Shown: in pieces, positions 19,438 through 28,471 of the stretch
Layout: each line of letters begins with the position of its first letter
Position numbering within the stretch: position 1 is the stretch's first letter
Assembly: GCA_017648065.1 (NCBI GenBank)
Contig: JAGCJJ010000039.1
Location: 10,126 to 74,125 of the forward strand
Source: Kiritimatiellia bacterium
GTDB lineage: Bacteria; Verrucomicrobiota; Kiritimatiellia; RFP12; UBA3636
DNA: 64,000 nt
Direction: 5' to 3'
The notes under the pieces: generated by a model
Database searches by the model: none
Told to the model about the DNA's origin: nothing
Seen by the model: the letters and a program-made list of their open reading frames with translations, nothing else
Made by a program: the position numbers and the translations under genes

Positions 19438-20514
19438 TTACTTGGTTGTTATTGGAGAAGGGTAGCTAGTGACTCTGCCACGATTGTCGCGGAGTATTGT
19501 CTCATTTGGCTTTTCCTCAATTATGTAATTAGGAAGAAGCTCAATCTTGCCGGAAAGTCCTGGAATGTCAACGCAGAAATTAGGAATTGCCATACCACTT
19601 AGTCGACCACGCAAATAATCCATAATATTGATACCTGTGGAAAGCGGTGTACGGAAATGCTCAACACCGCGCACTAAGTCGCATTGAAACATGTAGTATG
19701 GACGAATTCTGTTGTGATAAAGAGTACGGCAAAGCTCTTCTACACATTCTGGTGTGTCGTTGACGCCTTTTAGAAGTACAAATTGATTTGCTACAGGAAT
19801 ACCTGCGTCAATAAGCATTGAAGCAGCTGAAAGTGCTTCTGGAGTTAATTCTCTAGGATGATTAAACTGTGTATTTACAAATATAGGCTTATATTTCGAG
19901 AATATGTTTATAAGACCTGGAGTAATTCGCATAGGAAGGGTGACTAATACACGAGTTGCTATACGAATAGCTTTTATAGATTTGACCTTTGTTACAGCAG
20001 AAAGAATTCTGTCAATTGCTTCGTCAGATAGAAGTAATGGGTCTCCGCCACTGATTAGTAAATCATCAATTTCAGGATGCTCTTCTAAATACTTAATTGC
20101 TGCAGCAAGCTCTTCATCTGAGATTGGTGGCAGGGTTTCGCCTGAGATGCGCTTGCGTGTGCAGTGTCTGCAATATGTGGCACATTCTGAGCATGCGAGA
20201 AGTAAAGCCCTGTCTGGGTAGCGATGTACAAGCTTTGGTGTAGGGGAGCAAGGCAGCTCACCTAGTGGATCATTTGTAAGCCAAGGAGCTTCAATGAGCT
20301 CACCAGCACCAGGCATGCATTGCAGGAATATTGGGTCTTTTTCATAAGGCTTGCGAATCAAGGACGCATAATAAGGAGTTACAGCCATGGGGAACTGCTT
20401 TTCAGCTTCCGCGATGGCTGTATCTTCTGTTTTGTCCATTTCCAAGAAACGGGCAAACGCAGAGGCGTTAGTAAGCCTCTGCGCGATTTGTTCTTTCCAA
20501 GCCTTATCGTTCAT
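19438..20514 (-). CDS. KamA/EpmB-family radical-SAM lysine 2,3-aminomutase-like protein (short, YjeK-sized)
   Basis: Radical-SAM CxxxCxxC motif (CSECATYCRHCTRKRI) in a KamA-like context. At 358 aa it lacks the C-terminal Zn-binding extension of the 416-aa clostridial KamA. Its ATG overlaps the transporter stop by 1 nt. Confidence 0.8.
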   Translation of the reverse strand: MNDKAWKEQIAQRLTNASAFARFLEMDKTEDTAIAEAEKQFPMAVTPYYASLIRKPYEKDPIFLQCMPGAGELIEAPWLTNDPLGELPCSPTPKLVHRYPDRALLLACSECATYCRHCTRKRISGETLPPISDEELAAAIKYLEEHPEIDDLLISGGDPLLLSDEAIDRILSAVTKVKSIKAIRIATRVLVTLPMRITPGLINIFSKYKPIFVNTQFNHPRELTPEALSAASMLIDAGIPVANQFVLLKGVNDTPECVEELCRTLYHNRIRPYYMFQCDLVRGVEHFRTPLSTGINIMDYLRGRLSGMAIPNFCVDIPGLSGKIELLPNYIIEEKPNETILRDNRGRVTSYPSPITTK

Positions 20515-21989
20515 TAGATCTCGAAGAATTTAAGATTACGTAGGATTTCACCAACAAGAATTATTGTTACAAGAATTGGAGCAATGTACTTAGTCATGAT
20601 TACAAATAGTTTGCGTGACTTAAATGGAGTACCGCATGCTTCAACCTCGTCCTCAATAGTCTTTGTTTTGATAACCCAACCAACAAAGATACATGTGATT
20701 GCTGCAACAAGTGGCATTAGAACGCTGTTTGTTACAAAATCAAAGAAATCTAGGAATTGTAGCTTGAATATTGTGATGTCAGCCCATGGTCCATAGCCCA
20801 AAGCACTAAATGTTGCCAAGAATGCGATTGCAAAGAATGCGAAGAATGTTGCATTCTTTCTTTCCATATTCAATAGATCGCAAATAGAAGCAACGCATGT
20901 CTCATATAGAGAAATTGCTGATGTTAAAGCTGCAAAGATAACCAATAGGAAGAATACAGCACCGATGTATGGAGCAGCAGCACCAAATCCAGCAAATACA
21001 TTTGGCAGTGTTACGAACATCAACCTAGGACCAGCTGACATTGCTTTTTTAACAGCAATGTTTGTTGCAGCAACTGTATCACCACCGCAGCTTTCAATTA
21101 GTTCTGGAGTTACATTGTTATTTACTGCAAATATGTAAACAACAGGGATAATCATCAAACCAGCAATAACAGCGATAAGAGTATCAAAGATTTCGATTCT
21201 GCGAACGCTCTTCTCAATTGAGTCTGTCTTACTTAGGTATGAACCGTAAGTAATCATAATACCCATAGCTAGAGAAAGAGAGTAGAACATTTGACCCATA
21301 GCACCTAGAATAGTCTTTCCAAGCAGTGCAAATGAGAAAGAGCCATCGGTTGTTCTTAGGCAGTCCATATTAGGTACTAAGTAATACTTCAGACCTGCAC
21401 TTGAACCTTCCAATGTGCAAACATAGATAGAGATACCTACAGCCATAATAAACAATAGAGGCATCATTACTTTGTTTGACTTTTCAATACCATTCTTTAC
21501 ACCTAGTGCAATAACTATAGCACATGCAAGAATAAAGATTAAGCCATAGCCAAAAGAACCAAAGTTAGATGAAACAAATCCACCAAAGAAGGCACCTGAA
21601 TCTGCTAAAGGATTAACACTTGGATTTACAATCATCTTGCAGTAGGTTGTGAAATATTTAATAACCCAACCACCGATAACGCAGTAATATGGAACAATTA
21701 CTACTGGAATGATTGTAGCTAAAATTCCAAGAAACTTAAATTTCTTATTAAGTGTGGTATACGCTGTTAACTGACTTTGATTTGTCTTACGACCAATTGA
21801 AATTTCAATTGTCATCAATGTGAAACCAAGAGTAACAACCAAGATTAGGTAGATAAGAATGAATGTACCACCACCATATTGAGCTGCTAAGTATGGGAAG
21901 CGCCATAGATTACCCAAGCCAATTGCAGAAGCTGCAGCTGCAAGGATAAAGGCAAATTGATTTGACCAAGTTGAACGTTTTTGTGACAT
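20514..21989 (-). CDS. Sodium-dependent NSS/SNF-family transporter
   Basis: 491 aa, about 12 TM helices. The N-terminus has the NSS hallmark (FILAAAASAIGLGNLWRFPYLAAQYGGG). SD GAGGAAAAAATA before the ATG. Confidence 0.85.
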   Translation of the reverse strand: MSQKRSTWSNQFAFILAAAASAIGLGNLWRFPYLAAQYGGGTFILIYLILVVTLGFTLMTIEISIGRKTNQSQLTAYTTLNKKFKFLGILATIIPVVIVPYYCVIGGWVIKYFTTYCKMIVNPSVNPLADSGAFFGGFVSSNFGSFGYGLIFILACAIVIALGVKNGIEKSNKVMMPLLFIMAVGISIYVCTLEGSSAGLKYYLVPNMDCLRTTDGSFSFALLGKTILGAMGQMFYSLSLAMGIMITYGSYLSKTDSIEKSVRRIEIFDTLIAVIAGLMIIPVVYIFAVNNNVTPELIESCGGDTVAATNIAVKKAMSAGPRLMFVTLPNVFAGFGAAAPYIGAVFFLLVIFAALTSAISLYETCVASICDLLNMERKNATFFAFFAIAFLATFSALGYGPWADITIFKLQFLDFFDFVTNSVLMPLVAAITCIFVGWVIKTKTIEDEVEACGTPFKSRKLFVIMTKYIAPILVTIILVGEILRNLKFFEI

Positions 21990-22027
21990 ATTTTTTCCTC
22001 GTTGAATTTATTTTTATTTATGAAATA

Positions 22028-22861
22028 TTATGCAATTGTTGGTGCAATAGAATTTTCTAGTGGAGCATCGCTGGCATTAGCAATTGTTTCCTTTGCCTTT
22101 TGACGCTTTAGAAATTCCTTTGCAAATTCTGAATAGCCAACAGCTACAGTAGATGATGGAGCGTATACTACAACAGGCAAGCCATAGCTTGGTGCCTCAC
22201 CAGCACGAACACTGCGTGGAATTACTGTTTCGTATACTGCATCAGCATAGTGCTCGCGTACCTGAGTGATAACTTCATCTGCCAAGCGTGTCTTGTTGTA
22301 CATTGTCATCAAGATACCTTCAAGGGTCAGGCGAGTATTTGCACCGGTATTGCGAAGACGCTCTATTAACTGAGTAATAACACTTAAGCCTTCCATAGCA
22401 TAGTATTCACACTGCATTGGAATGATGACAGAATCAGCTGCTGCCAAAGCATTTGACATAAGGATACCTAATGAAGGAGGGCAGTCAACAATAATGTAGT
22501 CAAAAATCTTTGCCTCTTTAATTGGATCCAAGATTCTGGTTAATCCTTGAAGATGATTCTCCATGCGAGCAATTTCTATTTCAGCACCAGCTAAATTAAC
22601 CTCAGAAGGAATGATATTTACATTTTCAATAACTGTACCAAGAATTACCTCATCAATAGCCTTTGTACCCATAAGTGCAGGATATAGGCTGATTCCGTCC
22701 TTTGGCTCTACGCCAAGACCAGAAGTAGCATTTGCCTGAGGATCAAGATCGATAACAAGTACGGTCTTTTTCTTGGATGCTAGCATTGCAGCAAAGTTGA
22801 CAACTGTGGTTGTCTTTCCAACTCCGCCTTTTTGGTTTGCTATAGCAATAACGTATGACAT
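22028..22861 (-). CDS. parA: ParA/Soj-family partitioning ATPase (orphan; no parB adjacent)
   Basis: Deviant Walker A KGGVGKTT near the N-terminus and a VIDLDPQANAT motif. 277 aa. Confidence 0.85.
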   Translation of the reverse strand: MSYVIAIANQKGGVGKTTTVVNFAAMLASKKKTVLVIDLDPQANATSGLGVEPKDGISLYPALMGTKAIDEVILGTVIENVNIIPSEVNLAGAEIEIARMENHLQGLTRILDPIKEAKIFDYIIVDCPPSLGILMSNALAAADSVIIPMQCEYYAMEGLSVITQLIERLRNTGANTRLTLEGILMTMYNKTRLADEVITQVREHYADAVYETVIPRSVRAGEAPSYGLPVVVYAPSSTVAVGYSEFAKEFLKRQKAKETIANASDAPLENSIAPTIA

Positions 22862-22924
22862 ATTGTTTACCTTTAATTTAAGGTTAGTTTAACTAGTGTG
22901 AAACAAAAATTTGGTTAGCTCTGA

Positions 22925-23464
22925 TTACTTTGATTTAATCATGCCAACCTGGCGTGCATAGCCAAACATACCGCCAGCAGCAACTACTGGAGCAACAGCA
23001 CCAAGATCCTTTAGAGTAAAGACCTTGCCATCTGCACAGCGTGTGATTGTACCTGCCTCAACATCAACCTCTGCCTCATCGCCTGTCTTAAATTCTGCTG
23101 TCAGAGGAGCTGCTGTCTCAAATGGATAAACCTCACCAGTAGCTACTGAGTTACGGAAGAAGATACGTGCATAGGACTCTGCCACAACAGCCTGACAGCC
23201 AGCAGCACCTAGTGCTACAGGAGCATGCTCACGTGATGAGCCACAGCCGAAGTTCTTACCAGCAATCATAATACCATAAGGTGTTTTACCTGTGCTTTGG
23301 TCAACATATGGAATCTCTGAGTCTGGCAAACCAGCCATTGCATAAGAGCCTAGCTTTGCATACTCCTCAGGAATTGTTGGAACAAGGTTTAGATACTGTG
23401 CTGGGATAATTAGGTCTGTATCAATATTATCGCCTAGAACATAAACTTTTGCTTTGATTTTCAT
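22925..23464 (-). CDS. leuD: 3-isopropylmalate dehydratase small subunit (short LeuD type)
   Basis: 179 aa, aconitase swivel-domain-like (GDNIDTDLIIPAQYL, GKNFGCGSSREHAP). Lies immediately downstream of leuC. Confidence 0.85.
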   Translation of the reverse strand: MKIKAKVYVLGDNIDTDLIIPAQYLNLVPTIPEEYAKLGSYAMAGLPDSEIPYVDQSTGKTPYGIMIAGKNFGCGSSREHAPVALGAAGCQAVVAESYARIFFRNSVATGEVYPFETAAPLTAEFKTGDEAEVDVEAGTITRCADGKVFTLKDLGAVAPVVAAGGMFGYARQVGMIKSK

Positions 23465-23506
23465 GTTTTCTGTTTTCCTAAAATCTGGTTAATACAAGTT
23501 GCACAA

Positions 23507-24805
23507 TTATAGATCACGAGGATCGCAGATGTAGCCCTTAACAGCTGATGCAGCTGCTGTAAGTGGAGAAGCTAGATAGATAGGAGCTTCCTTTGAGCCC
23601 ATGCGTCCAATGAAGTTACGGTTTGTTGTTGAGATAACAACCTCTTTGCCATGTGTGCGGCCAAATGTGTCAATTGGACCACCTAGGCAAGCAGCGCATG
23701 ATGGAGGAGCAACTGGTAAGCAGCCTGCTTCTGCAAAGATTGTAACAAGTGACTTGCCATCAATTTCTGTTGTGAGAAGCTTCTCAGCAATTTCTGTTGT
23801 TGCTGGTACGATAAATGTATCAATGCAAACCTTACGGCCCTTTAGAATTGAAGCAGCCATAACAAAGTCTTCAAGCTTACCACCTGTGCAAGAACCAATG
23901 TATGAGCGATCAAGCTTAATATCTGTGCAATCGCGTGCTGGAGCATAGTTACTTGGGATATGTGGCTTAGCTACACAAGGAACAAATGTAGATACATCGT
24001 ATACATATTCCTTTAGTACTGGTGCATCTGGGTCACCATATACTGGAGTAAATTCCTTGCCAGTGCGTGCCTTAACATAGTCAAGAGTCATCTGATTTGG
24101 AGGAATGATACCATTCTTTGCACCAGCTTCTACAGCCATGTTACAAATTGTAATGCGCTCATCAATTGTCAAAGCATCAACAGCCTCGCCTGTAAATTCC
24201 ATTGCGCAATATGTAGCACCATCTACACCAATATCACCGATAATGCGTAGAATCATATCCTTTGCAGATACATAGTCAGGCTTTTTGCCATTAAGAACAA
24301 AACGAATTGTCTCTGGAACCTTTACAAGCATTTTACCTGTGCCCATAACAAAGCCAGCATCTGTGTTACCGATACCTGTTGAGAATGCACCTAATGCACC
24401 GTGGCTGCAAGTATGTGAGTCTGTACCAACGATTACCTCGCCAGGACGTACATGACCATGCTGTGGCAAGCCTAGATGGCAAACACCGCAATAGTTTGGT
24501 GTGCCTGGCTCATAGAAGTAAGGCAGATCCTGCTCTTTAACAAATTCGCGTAGTGTGTCTACATTGCGGTGTGCCTTCTCGTCAGCAGTGAAGATATAGT
24601 GGTCAGGAATGATAACAACACCTTCTTTATCGAATACCTTTGCATCATCACCAAACTCGCGGTGGAAGATGCCGATAGTGCCTGGTCCGCATACATCGTG
24701 GGTTAAAAGAATATCAACATTTACCCAAATATTATCACCTGGTTTTACTGAATCCAAGCCAGCATGCTTAGCAAGGATTTTTTCTGTCATTGTCATTTTA
24801 TTCAT
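23507..24805 (-). CDS. leuC: 3-isopropylmalate dehydratase large subunit (aconitase family; a homoaconitase-like paralogue is not excluded)
   Basis: 432 aa with aconitase catalytic-domain motifs and cluster-ligand cysteines (e.g. GSCTGGKLEDF, and the Cys residues in VAPPSCAACLGGP). Confidence 0.85.
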   Translation of the reverse strand: MNKMTMTEKILAKHAGLDSVKPGDNIWVNVDILLTHDVCGPGTIGIFHREFGDDAKVFDKEGVVIIPDHYIFTADEKAHRNVDTLREFVKEQDLPYFYEPGTPNYCGVCHLGLPQHGHVRPGEVIVGTDSHTCSHGALGAFSTGIGNTDAGFVMGTGKMLVKVPETIRFVLNGKKPDYVSAKDMILRIIGDIGVDGATYCAMEFTGEAVDALTIDERITICNMAVEAGAKNGIIPPNQMTLDYVKARTGKEFTPVYGDPDAPVLKEYVYDVSTFVPCVAKPHIPSNYAPARDCTDIKLDRSYIGSCTGGKLEDFVMAASILKGRKVCIDTFIVPATTEIAEKLLTTEIDGKSLVTIFAEAGCLPVAPPSCAACLGGPIDTFGRTHGKEVVISTTNRNFIGRMGSKEAPIYLASPLTAAASAVKGYICDPRDL

Positions 24806-24854
24806 ATTGAATCTTCGTCTTTACTTTGTTTATTGTTGAATATAAATTTTTGAA

Positions 24855-25559
24855 TTAGCGTTTTTTTGCTTTGTTCATCAGCTTAAAGAATCGCTCTTCG
24901 TACAGAGGGAAAACCTTATTCTTCTGAAGCAGAACGCCAAGAGATTGGATTAAAGAAGGATCGCGCTCAGCAGCACGAAATGCATTCTCAATTTCTTGCT
25001 TAATGGATAGGGTCATCACTTGTTCTGATTTGTCAAACATGTGTTGCTTTGTCATATCCATTACGTTTTTTTGTACAGATTTTTGAACCATAGCCATGAA
25101 GAGGCGCACTAGGGAAACATCCCAAGGTTTTTCAACGCCTTTTATAAGTGCGATGTATGGGTCTTTTTTAGCTCTGATATCTGTCTTTACATGGTCAATA
25201 ACATTTGCTGCAGAATCTGTAATTGTTTCTTCAGAAAATGCTTCCTGCTTTAAAGTGTAGCCATAACGAAGGATGCGGCATTCATCCTTCTCCATAATTG
25301 ATTTTACATATTGCTGAGCTTCCTCACTGAACCCCTCAAGGAATATCTGTGAATATTGGGATGGGGTAATGATTTGAGGACGCAATAGCTGCATACGACC
25401 AATGCGTAGCTTGGTCTTTTTGATAGAATCAAGGTCTTCTGTTACAAGATAATAGTTAAGAATTGTATTACCAAAAGTCTCTAGTGTACCCTTTGGTTCT
25501 ACAATGATTTCTGTATTTTCTACAGCGTATTGAAAGTCAAATTTTTCCGATGTGCTCAT
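24855..25559 (-). CDS. Hypothetical protein
   Basis: 234-aa intact ORF with an ATG start. No recognisable motif. Has a 460-bp upstream region containing clustered inverted repeats. Confidence 0.5.
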   Translation of the reverse strand: MSTSEKFDFQYAVENTEIIVEPKGTLETFGNTILNYYLVTEDLDSIKKTKLRIGRMQLLRPQIITPSQYSQIFLEGFSEEAQQYVKSIMEKDECRILRYGYTLKQEAFSEETITDSAANVIDHVKTDIRAKKDPYIALIKGVEKPWDVSLVRLFMAMVQKSVQKNVMDMTKQHMFDKSEQVMTLSIKQEIENAFRAAERDPSLIQSLGVLLQKNKVFPLYEERFFKLMNKAKKR

Positions 25560-26019
25560 AATTGTTATAATTGTATCAAAAAAATGACATTAAAAAAAGT
25601 GTAAACGCATAGTTTTAGGGCGTTTTTAAGGGAAATTTGCATAAAGGAGAGAAGTAGCTTAAAGTGCGAAGAAAAGACACTGGATTTATGAGTTTTGTAA
25701 CTGAACATCCTTCGCAAGACGATTAGATAAAAAACGTGAGACGAGACGCTATCTAATGATCTAAATTCTAACACGAATTTAGATAAAACATGCCTGTGGT
25801 ATATGAAGCATTACTTTGCAATATATATGGTAAAATTTAATGAAAAATATCTTATCGTCTTGATGTTTGATTGTATATTCAAAGCCTTTTCGTCTTTTGT
25901 CTCATGTCCTATGCATATCAATGCAAGGGTGAAATAAACCAATTAATTCTCAAAAATTGGTTTATTCTGTAAAAAACTTCGCGATTCTAAGCCATCGCTT
26001 AATACATACCAGTGAAGCG

Positions 26020-26775
26020 CTATTGGTAGATTCGTACGTAATCTATCTCGTAGCGAGCAGGGAAAATGCTCTCGTCTACGCCTTTTAGCCCACCCCAATC
26101 ACCACCGATTGCTAAATTGATTAGCAGATACATCTCTTTATCAAATGGATATGGATCCATATCTATATTCGTGCCTCGCTGAAATTCAGCAACAAATTTC
26201 TCATCAACAAAGAAACGTATACCTTCTTCATCCCATTCTATGGCAAATACAGCAAATCCATCTTCAGGAGCAGTTGTCTTATAGCACTTTGTTTCTGTTT
26301 TGCAATGTTTCCCATTTTTACTTCCGTGAAGTGTAAAATAGAATTTACTTGGCTCAAAGCCGACATACTCCATAATATCAATTTCGCCACAACGTGGCCA
26401 ATTAATCTCGTGGATATCAGTACCTAACATCCATAAAGCAGGCCATGTACCTTTGCCTTTAGGAACTTTGGCTTTTATTTCAAAACGTCCATATTTCCAA
26501 GATGCTTTACCAAAGGTTGTTATCTCAGCTGATGTACATTCTGCAACACCATCACCATAATCATAATTCTCGCGATGTGCCTCAATGATTAGCTTGCTAT
26601 CTTCAAATCTTAGGTTTTTTGAGCGTCTTTCAGTATAGTATTGGATTTCGTGATTTCTGATGTAGCCTCTGTCGTATTTCCATTTGCTCTGATCAAGTTC
26701 CGGAGAGTCAAATTCATCATGCCATACTAATTTTAAGGTTTTACCCTTTGATGTTACAACTGTATCCTTAACCAT
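26020..26775 (-). CDS. GH16 beta-glucanase (laminarinase-like), copy 1; apparently lacks a signal peptide
   Basis: GH16 catalytic motif GEIDIMEY (ExDxxE) and a WPALWMLG strand are present. The ORF-tool start at 26814 is TTG. The first ATG, at 26775, gives MVKDTVVTSKG... with no hydrophobic leader. Confidence 0.8.
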   Translation of the reverse strand: MVKDTVVTSKGKTLKLVWHDEFDSPELDQSKWKYDRGYIRNHEIQYYTERRSKNLRFEDSKLIIEAHRENYDYGDGVAECTSAEITTFGKASWKYGRFEIKAKVPKGKGTWPALWMLGTDIHEINWPRCGEIDIMEYVGFEPSKFYFTLHGSKNGKHCKTETKCYKTTAPEDGFAVFAIEWDEEGIRFFVDEKFVAEFQRGTNIDMDPYPFDKEMYLLINLAIGGDWGGLKGVDESIFPARYEIDYVRIYQ

Positions 26776-26786
26776 ATCCGCCCCAT

Positions 26787-26823
26787 AAAAAAAACGATGA
26801 TAAATGCATCGCAAATATCATCG
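26787..26823 (-). terminator. Rho-independent terminator between AGCS copy 1 and GH16 copy 1
   Basis: On the minus strand: CGATGATA-tttgcgatgcatt-TATCATCG (8-bp stem plus 3 inner pairs) followed by TTTTTTTT. The GH16 copy-1 ATG is 11 nt downstream. Confidence 0.6.
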
Positions 26824-26842
26824 TTTAAATTGTTGTTAAAAA

Positions 26843-28306
26843 TTATTCAATAATTTCACCACGTTTTTTTCTTTCAAAGTAATCGCGAGTTTCTTTAACG
26901 ATTACCCCTGAAAGAGCAAACAATGCAATCATATTTGGAAGAGCCATAATTCCATTAAATATATCTGCTATTACCCATACTGCAGAAATAGTCATGTATG
27001 GACCGATAAATACTGCAATAATATACATCCAACGATATGCAAGTACAGGACCCATCTTACCCTTAGTCAAATATTCCAAGCAACGCTCACTATAGTAGTT
27101 CCAACCAAGAATTGTTGTAAAACCAAATAAAATCATACAGATAGCAATGATTGTATCTGTTAGTGTTTTGCTAAAGAAAGGAAGACCTACGTTAAATGCA
27201 TACATTGTTGCTTGTGCACCTTGACCATGTGCTCCGTCATATGCTCCTGTCATTACAAGTGCAAGACCAGTCATTGAGCAAACAATGATTGTGTCCAAGA
27301 ATGTACCTGTCATAGATACAAGACCTTGACGAACAGGCTCGTTTGTTTGAGCTGCAGCTGCAGCAATAGGAGCAGAACCAAGACCTGCCTCATTTGAAAA
27401 GATACCACGAGCAACACCTTTTTGCATTGCAACAATCATTGCACCTAGCATACCACCCGCAGCTGCATCTAAACCAAATGCTGATTTGAATATTAGAACA
27501 AGAGCATCATCAACCTTTGTGATGTTTGTAACAATAAGCAATATGGAAATTGCTAAATACAAAATAACCATGAATGGAATTACTTTTTCGGATACCTTAC
27601 CAATACGCTGAATACCACCGATAACTACAAGGCCAACCAAGAGTGCAATGATAATACTTGAAATGATTGTTACTAATGTATATTCGGCACCTAAAAATGT
27701 GTATGTAGGGACTGTTGAATTAGCAAAAATAGTTGTATATGCTGTATTAACAGCAGTATTGATTGAATTTACTTGTGAAAATGTTCCGATACCAAACAGA
27801 CCTACAAGCACACCAGCGAAAGCAAAGAATTTTGCTAACCAAATCCATTTAGAGCCCATACCACGTTCAATGTAATAGAATGGACCACCTAAAACATGAT
27901 TTGTTTTTGGGTCATGTGTACGATATTTAATTGCCAATAATCCTTCAGAATATTTGGTTGCCATACCTAATAAAGCAGCAAGCCACATCCAGAATAGTGC
28001 GCCTGGGCCACCTGAAATAACAGCAGTAGCAACACCTACGATATTACCAGTACCAATTGTTGCAGATAGGGCAGTGCAAAGTGCAGCAAAGCTTGAAACC
28101 TCTCCTTTGCCTGATTTTTCGTTTTTTAGCATATATTTCATTGCTAAAGGCAAACGAATAAATTGCATTCCGCCTAAGCGTATTGTTAGGAATAAACCTC
28201 CTAGAATGATTAGCAGAATCAGAGGGATTCCCCATACATAGCCATCTATAGTTTCTAATAACTTAGTAAAAGTTTCAAGAAGTGTAGGTGTTGACTGAGT
28301 TTCCAT
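26843..28306 (-). CDS. Alanine/glycine:cation symporter (AGCS family, TC 2.A.25), copy 1
   Basis: 487 aa, polytopic. Family hallmarks GTGNIVGVATAV and FSNEAGLGSAPIAAAAA are present. Confidence 0.9.
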   Translation of the reverse strand: METQSTPTLLETFTKLLETIDGYVWGIPLILLIILGGLFLTIRLGGMQFIRLPLAMKYMLKNEKSGKGEVSSFAALCTALSATIGTGNIVGVATAVISGGPGALFWMWLAALLGMATKYSEGLLAIKYRTHDPKTNHVLGGPFYYIERGMGSKWIWLAKFFAFAGVLVGLFGIGTFSQVNSINTAVNTAYTTIFANSTVPTYTFLGAEYTLVTIISSIIIALLVGLVVIGGIQRIGKVSEKVIPFMVILYLAISILLIVTNITKVDDALVLIFKSAFGLDAAAGGMLGAMIVAMQKGVARGIFSNEAGLGSAPIAAAAAQTNEPVRQGLVSMTGTFLDTIIVCSMTGLALVMTGAYDGAHGQGAQATMYAFNVGLPFFSKTLTDTIIAICMILFGFTTILGWNYYSERCLEYLTKGKMGPVLAYRWMYIIAVFIGPYMTISAVWVIADIFNGIMALPNMIALFALSGVIVKETRDYFERKKRGEIIE

Positions 28307-28471
28307 TACATATCTTTCGTTTTGTTAAAACGCTAATTTTGTGTTTTTGAGTTACTTAAATAAAAAAACGCGCGTTATTGTATCATAAATTTTACAAAAT
28401 GTGTATAGATAATCTTTAATAACAAAATAACGGCATTTCTAAAACTTAAGATTAGTACAAAAAATTAGGAT

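Noticed and set aside
25565-25774. 69-aa ORF (minus strand) in the gap between the 234-aa hypothetical gene and GH16 copy 1
   Set aside because: It is hydrophobic and low-complexity, has no SD, and overlaps the repeat-rich leader region. It is more plausibly non-coding regulatory sequence.
28350-28376. AACGCGCGTT palindrome followed by an A/T run between AGCS1 and GH16-2, considered as a terminator
   Set aside because: The palindrome would form at most a 4-bp stem with a 2-nt loop, which is too weak to call as an intrinsic terminator. It is noted only as a second CGCG-centred palindrome.
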